A DNA stretch of 58,481 nt from the IMG/VR virus record IMGVR_UViG_3300025132_000042, positions 1-58,481 of that record. One strand, given 5' to 3'. This stretch comes from a virus (Duplodnaviria; Caudoviricetes). Below, in pieces: positions 53,681-58,481 of this stretch. The notes under the pieces were generated by a model. That model did no database searches and was not told where the DNA came from. It saw only the letters and a program-made list of their open reading frames with translations. Numbering within the stretch: the stretch's first letter is position 1; the number at the start of each line of letters is the position of its first letter. The translations under genes and the position numbers were made by a program.

Positions 53681-53689
53681 ATAAGTAGT
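53681..53689 (-). promoter_or_regulatory. putative late promoter motif ACTACTTAT
   Basis: Intergenic, not followed by an ORF. Confidence 0.45.
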
Positions 53690-53722
53690 GGCAATAATGA
53701 CTAAAATACTCCAAGGCTACAT

Positions 53723-53765
53723 AAAAACAAAAACCCCCGCCACCGAGGTGACAGGGGAGTTTGTT
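53723..53765 (-). terminator. intrinsic terminator after the major capsid gene
   Basis: CCCCTGTCACC-TC-GGTGGCGGGGG followed by TTTTTGTTTTT. Confidence 0.8.
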
Positions 53766-53795
53766 CGTTAGCGACTATAAGTCTGATCCGTTAGA

Positions 53796-55610
53796 TCATC
53801 CTCCAGATTCGCCGGTCAATCCACGCACGATAACAATACCGTACATATCGGGACGTACCATCTTCTTCGCATAACGAGTCATCACGCCCTTGCGAGGCAC
53901 GAAGTCTTCTGGTCCGAAGATAGTAGGTGTGGTTTGCAGTGGCACGTATGGTGCGTACACATATCCGCTTTCAAGGAAAGAGGATCCGCGACGTCCAACG
54001 AGCAGCACGTTACGCAAGAAGTATGGGTCAACGATAACGTCGAACTTCTTGTTTAGCGCACCAACCTTAACCGCTCCGATATCACCAGTTTCTGCATCAG
54101 CTGTGACGCTAGCGCGGAATCCAGAGGTGAACTCAAGGATGTTAGCGACTTCGGGTCCGCAGACGACGAAGTTAGCGCCACCGCGAAGAGTCTTGCGGTG
54201 AATAGCAGCAGAAACATCATTGATGGTTTCAATGAGAGTTTCGTACCACTCGGAGACAGTACCCGTGAAGTCGGGTGCCTTGGAACTAGCGCCAATCTCA
54301 GCACCGGTGTCGCGGTTAACGAATAGACCCGGAGAACGGGACCAGTATTGAGTTGCAGCGGTAGCACCATTAACCAAGTCAGCTAAGATTTCACGATCGA
54401 TTTCAAGAGCAATTTGCTCCGAAAGGATCGATGTAAGCTCGACCTCTGCATCAAGGTTGTGGTAGGCGTTAAGGTCTTGACCTAACTCCGGAGTCCACTT
54501 AGCCTTGAGCTTCTTGGTTTGCGCGGTGATCGCGATTGAATCGACCTTGATGTCGATCTCTGGGATGTCAGCTTCGCCTTCAAGTCCCCACTCGGTTTGA
54601 CCAACAACGGCACCAAGCGCAGCTGCGTTAGTGATGTCATCAGTTTGCGCATACGAAACAGTCGTGTGAGACGACGTAAGCGTTTTGAGCAATTTGTCCG
54701 AAAGGTTCTTTGGAAGGTGGGCTCCACCACCATCAGAACCAGTACTTACGAACACCAACTTAAGACGTGGTGTGGACGAAGCACTGACAAGGGTGGTGTG
54801 ACGACGAAGAAGGCGCGCCATTGGCACGTTTAACGCGGCGTCTGGACTGAGCACTACTCCGTTACCACCAGAACTCGAAACGTTAAACGATTGAGGACCG
54901 ATGTTTTGCACATCAACTTGGTCAAGGCCCGAAAGAAGGACCGTGACCTCAGCAACAAGAGTAGAACCTGATACTAGATCTGGATCGAATTCGATTGCCT
55001 TGTGAAGATGCGATGCCGAAGCTTCTTGGGAACCCCAGCGACCGTAAGGGCCTGCTGCTGGAGTAAGTGTAATCCCGTTGGCAAGAGCCGAACCAGTTGG
55101 AGACGAGTAACCGTTATTAAGGTTATATGCGCCACCAGCAAGGCCAACACCGTGCTCATCGAGATCAACACCACCAGTGATTGTGGAACCAACGCGGTTA
55201 CCACCATAGAGCGAGCTACTAATCTTGTAACCCAAACGGTCAGTGGTAATGGCGTGGCCGCCGGCTTCTTGGCTGACCGTGAAGTCAAGGAAGAAGATGA
55301 GTCCACTTGGGAGACTCATTGGTTGAACGGAAACGAGATCGTTTGCGATCAGACCTGCGAAAACGCGTCGGACGATTGGGAATGCAACTGCTGCAAAACC
55401 CTCAACGTCGCCACCAGCCATGCTGGAGCTTTCGCGGAGTAGTTCTTTTGCTTGGTTTTCAAGCAAGCGAGCCATGGACGAACGTTTACGGCTATCATCT
55501 AAGCCTTCAAGAAGTCCGGTCTTTTCCCACTTTGAGAGTAGGGCATGACCTTCGGCGCGCATATCTCGATTAACCATACCTTCGGTTAATCGTTCTATGA
55601 TACTAGACAT
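53796..55610 (-). CDS. major capsid protein (T4 gp23-like)
   Basis: PIVRRVF, VSVQPM, KLKAKWTPELGQDL.AYH.LDAE.EL, EIDREI, YAPYVPL, F.PRKGVMTRY. Confidence 0.96.
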   Translation of the reverse strand: MSSIIERLTEGMVNRDMRAEGHALLSKWEKTGLLEGLDDSRKRSSMARLLENQAKELLRESSSMAGGDVEGFAAVAFPIVRRVFAGLIANDLVSVQPMSLPSGLIFFLDFTVSQEAGGHAITTDRLGYKISSSLYGGNRVGSTITGGVDLDEHGVGLAGGAYNLNNGYSSPTGSALANGITLTPAAGPYGRWGSQEASASHLHKAIEFDPDLVSGSTLVAEVTVLLSGLDQVDVQNIGPQSFNVSSSGGNGVVLSPDAALNVPMARLLRRHTTLVSASSTPRLKLVFVSTGSDGGGAHLPKNLSDKLLKTLTSSHTTVSYAQTDDITNAAALGAVVGQTEWGLEGEADIPEIDIKVDSIAITAQTKKLKAKWTPELGQDLNAYHNLDAEVELTSILSEQIALEIDREILADLVNGATAATQYWSRSPGLFVNRDTGAEIGASSKAPDFTGTVSEWYETLIETINDVSAAIHRKTLRGGANFVVCGPEVANILEFTSGFRASVTADAETGDIGAVKVGALNKKFDVIVDPYFLRNVLLVGRRGSSFLESGYVYAPYVPLQTTPTIFGPEDFVPRKGVMTRYAKKMVRPDMYGIVIVRGLTGESGG

Positions 55611-55642
55611 TTTAAAATACCTCCTTTAAATTATATGTATTT

Positions 55643-56821
55643 TTAGTTTATACCTGCTAGTTTTTTCATTCTCTCGGAGAATGAGTCGGTTTGCACAGTC
55701 TCTTGACGAGATGCGCGTATAACAGAGGTAGGACGGGTAATAGCCTCGCTCAGTGATTTGGGTGTCTTGTTTGGTATAGACTCCACTGCGCTTTCAAGGG
55801 TTTTAAATATTGTCCTCGCTTCTGTTACTGAACCAGCGCTAGAAATCGCTTCGACAATTTTATCTTTTTGTCGCTCATTTAAGGAGGTATTTCTTAATAC
55901 TCGGTTCGTGTAAAGCAAACGTGCGTTTGAAAGATTTACATCTTCAAGATTCTCTTTCATTTCATAAAACGCTTGCTTGTACTTATCAGCTTCTGAGGAT
56001 GCCTGTTTATTTTCTAAAACTAGGTCCTCAAGAGCTTGTTTAAGATCTTGTAATTCTTCTTGCACATCAGTACTACGACGATGTGCTAATTCTCTTTCTG
56101 TTTCGTGTATGACGTCTTCGGCAGAGCGGCCGGCCCAGCCTCCAAGCTCGCCACGTACATCAACTGTTAATTTTTCCATGATTGCGGCGAGCAGTGCGTC
56201 TTCATCAAGTCCTGAGTCGACAGACTCTGCGGCAATTGCAGAAATTTGGGCTAAATCTCCCATCCGATCAGCTGCTTCTCCAGCCTTCTCGTCTTCAATT
56301 TGGCCGGCATACGAGACTTTATCGGTTGTATCAGTAAGAGAGCCTTCCTCAAGCTCATCTTCTTCCTCTATAGTCTCCTCTTCCTCTTCAATAGTTTCAT
56401 CGTCACCTTCCAAAATACTTTCAAGGTCAGCTAATTCAACTTCTTGCTCATCAAGTTCTGCTGCAAAGGCTTTTACCGCCTCTTCAAGCGCTGGGAGATC
56501 TAAGTTAATCTCGACAGACTCTCCGTCTTCGATCGAATCTGTGATTTCGCCTTCCTCTTCTGCTAAATCATCGGCGGCCGCTAAGGGCACGTCTTCAACT
56601 ACATCGTCAGATGAAATTGAAGGCCCAGTTTCCATACCCATGTCTTGGGTCATAGAATCGAGGCCTTGTGGTACTCCTAAATCTTCTTGTTCTAAGATTT
56701 TATCAAGCGTTTTTCTTACTTCATCCGAATATTTCTCGATAATCGAGGACTCGGCGGTCCTAAGCGCTGTTTCACGTAGTGCTTTTGCGTCGACAATAGC
56801 TTCTTTTAATAAGTTTGACAT
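55643..56821 (-). CDS. prohead core scaffold protein (gp22-like)
   Basis: Acidic coiled-coil immediately upstream of the MCP; NLSNARLLYTN, ends MKKLAGI. Confidence 0.75.
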   Translation of the reverse strand: MSNLLKEAIVDAKALRETALRTAESSIIEKYSDEVRKTLDKILEQEDLGVPQGLDSMTQDMGMETGPSISSDDVVEDVPLAAADDLAEEEGEITDSIEDGESVEINLDLPALEEAVKAFAAELDEQEVELADLESILEGDDETIEEEEETIEEEDELEEGSLTDTTDKVSYAGQIEDEKAGEAADRMGDLAQISAIAAESVDSGLDEDALLAAIMEKLTVDVRGELGGWAGRSAEDVIHETERELAHRRSTDVQEELQDLKQALEDLVLENKQASSEADKYKQAFYEMKENLEDVNLSNARLLYTNRVLRNTSLNERQKDKIVEAISSAGSVTEARTIFKTLESAVESIPNKTPKSLSEAITRPTSVIRASRQETVQTDSFSERMKKLAGIN

Positions 56822-56854
56822 TCATTTGCTCCTAAATGGCAGTTATATACAAAA

Positions 56855-56863
56855 ATAAATAGT
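56855..56863 (-). promoter_or_regulatory. putative late promoter motif ACTATTTAT
   Basis: Upstream of the scaffold-capsid pair. Confidence 0.6.
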
Positions 56864-56912
56864 ATCCTTTGTCTCAAAAACCCGCTTTTTTGGTAACTAT
56901 ACTGTTTGCTAA

Positions 56913-58481
56913 CTACGAAGCATCATATAGGTGGAGTGTCGCCCAGTCATAACCGCCGCCAATCGGGAATGCAACTAATTGTATGCAGTCACCTTGTGAC
57001 AGGGCCACACCAACTGAGACTCCATCAATATTTTGGGCCGGATCGTCGTCACCAATAACACGAACATTAGCTGAGCCAATGTTTTTGACTGTGAAAGTGG
57101 TGCCTTCCATGCCAGCAACTATTGTTGGCAATGATGCTGTTGTTACCGATGAGTGATTGAAGATAATTATACTGTCATCAACTGTAAGCGAATAGTTAGC
57201 TGTTTTGACCGCGATTGGATACCGCACGGATCCACTCAGGTGAGTTGTGCCGTTGACCGAGAAGGTATTAGCTGGGGTTGCTGTGTTGATTCCAACTTTC
57301 TCGGTGCTACCGTCGACAAACAACATGTGCGTGTTGTTATTGCTTTCAACTCTAAAATCCACTAAAGAATCTGACCCTTGGTTGACTACCACTTCTGGTA
57401 TAGCGCCGTCGATGCGGAATCCTTCTCGCAGAGTACCCGCATCATTAGCTTTAAAGACGATATGCTTGTTTGTCGTATTGTTTTGGATCAGTATATTGTC
57501 TGACGAATTGATCCCGACTTGGCCTAGATTGGCGCCAGCACTTGAACTAAAATGAATTGTGGGTTCGATGCTATTTAAAGTAAGTGAGCCAGAAAGATAT
57601 GCTTTGCCGCTGCCGCTTACAGCAAATATATTGCCGCTATCAGCCTTCACACTAATTAATTTTTCAATATTAGAACCGCTAACATTAAACACTCCGCCAA
57701 GGTGCGCTCCGCCTGCTAAAACTTGACCTGAACCTGAGACTGCAAAACAAATTCTGTTTCCCTCTGATTCTTTTGCTTGCATGAATGCCAATACTCTGTT
57801 GCTTGTGTCAGATGGTCTTATGAACAACATTCCACCATTAGGGGTGGGATCCCCCTCATCACCAATTGACAGCTTTGGATTAGAACCAGTAACATGTACG
57901 CCTCCTACGGGATTTAGAGTAATATCCCCATCAACATTAAATGTAAGATGAGCGGCTGCAGCATTGTCATCAACTGTTGTGATTGTAGTTGCGCCGGCGG
58001 TGGTGGTTTGAATCTGGAAGTAATCGCCATTATCGACTGAACTTTCAATTCTAAGATCGACACCTCCGTCCTCAACGTCAAGCTGGAGTCCGTAGTTGAT
58101 ATCTCCGCCGCCTGCTTCGATTCTTGCACCTTGGACGAGGCTGCCGCCGTTTGTTCCGCCTTGTGCATTGATAAGCGCACCGTATACAACGGGAGTTCCG
58201 GCATTAGCGGCGTGTGTAAGCGTTGGCGTTACATACAAGCCATACATGGTGTTCAGGCCATTGGTGGCTGTGGTATTATCCATGTCAAGATAGATGCCAT
58301 ACATGTTGTTGTCTGACGTGGAGGCGCCGGTTTTGTCATAATCTATTTCTAAGCCGATTATTGAAGCCTCAGTGGTGTCTGAGTAATTCTTGTCTAGCTT
58401 TATTCCTGTTTTGCCACCGTCTGACTGAGCATGCAGCGCTGTTGCGTTAACTGCCGCGGCATTATTCTGAATCACCATTGC
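56913..58481 (-). CDS. tail fibre-like structural protein (partial, 5' end outside window)
   Basis: G/S/N/T-rich beta sequence, repeated VSGS, VDFRVES, KVGINT motifs. Confidence 0.65.
   Translation of the reverse strand, partial: AMVIQNNAAAVNATALHAQSDGGKTGIKLDKNYSDTTEASIIGLEIDYDKTGASTSDNNMYGIYLDMDNTTATNGLNTMYGLYVTPTLTHAANAGTPVVYGALINAQGGTNGGSLVQGARIEAGGGDINYGLQLDVEDGGVDLRIESSVDNGDYFQIQTTTAGATTITTVDDNAAAAHLTFNVDGDITLNPVGGVHVTGSNPKLSIGDEGDPTPNGGMLFIRPSDTSNRVLAFMQAKESEGNRICFAVSGSGQVLAGGAHLGGVFNVSGSNIEKLISVKADSGNIFAVSGSGKAYLSGSLTLNSIEPTIHFSSSAGANLGQVGINSSDNILIQNNTTNKHIVFKANDAGTLREGFRIDGAIPEVVVNQGSDSLVDFRVESNNNTHMLFVDGSTEKVGINTATPANTFSVNGTTHLSGSVRYPIAVKTANYSLTVDDSIIIFNHSSVTTASLPTIVAGMEGTTFTVKNIGSANVRVIGDDDPAQNIDGVSVGVALSQGDCIQLVAFPIGGGYDWATLHLYDAS

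Noticed and set aside
55977-56858. 293-aa plus-strand ORF and the many other plus-strand ORFs
   Set aside because: Antisense shadows of minus-strand genes (Ser-rich mirror of Glu codons), with no recognisable motifs
1-58481. Alternative genetic code (stop reassignment)
   Set aside because: Conserved genes are full-length in the standard code and TAA, TAG and TGA all occur at gene ends
1-58481. tRNA, rRNA, integrase, transposase, intron or intein
   Set aside because: None recognised by eye; DnaE, NrdJ, helicase and RecA have normal lengths. tRNAscan-SE was not run

Overview
A 58.5 kb fragment of a large, T4-like (contractile-tailed) bacteriophage genome. All credible genes lie on the minus strand, are densely packed and read in the standard code. 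In transcription order (right to left) the window holds four blocks. (1) A virion module: partial tail-fibre-like gene, scaffold, gp23-type major capsid, neck gp13/14/15-like genes, sheath, tube, a tail-chaperone pair with a probable frameshift, tape measure and baseplate. (2) A replication module: minimal family-A polymerase, degenerate tubulin/FtsZ-like protein, gp32-like SSB, RecA/UvsX, 5'-3' nuclease, DnaB-like helicase, class II RNR and DnaE. (3) Lysis and accessory genes: amidase, GroES, GroEL, J-domain protein, two ClpP, QueF-like, MTases, thioredoxin, IMPDH/GMPR, a stand-alone sigma-70 region 4 protein and PMM. (4) Probable late genes ending in a partial PA14-domain protein. Two promoter classes are visible: near-consensus sigma-70 promoters before replication/accessory genes, and an ACTAHTTAW motif before structural genes. 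The most unusual element is four copies of a covarying H-type pseudoknot-like repeat that delimit three single-gene cassettes between SSB and recA. Also notable are the T7 slippery site before the tape measure gene, several enzyme homologues with eroded catalytic motifs, and apparent strong enrichment of GCCGGC. All protein calls come from motif recognition by eye, not database searches.
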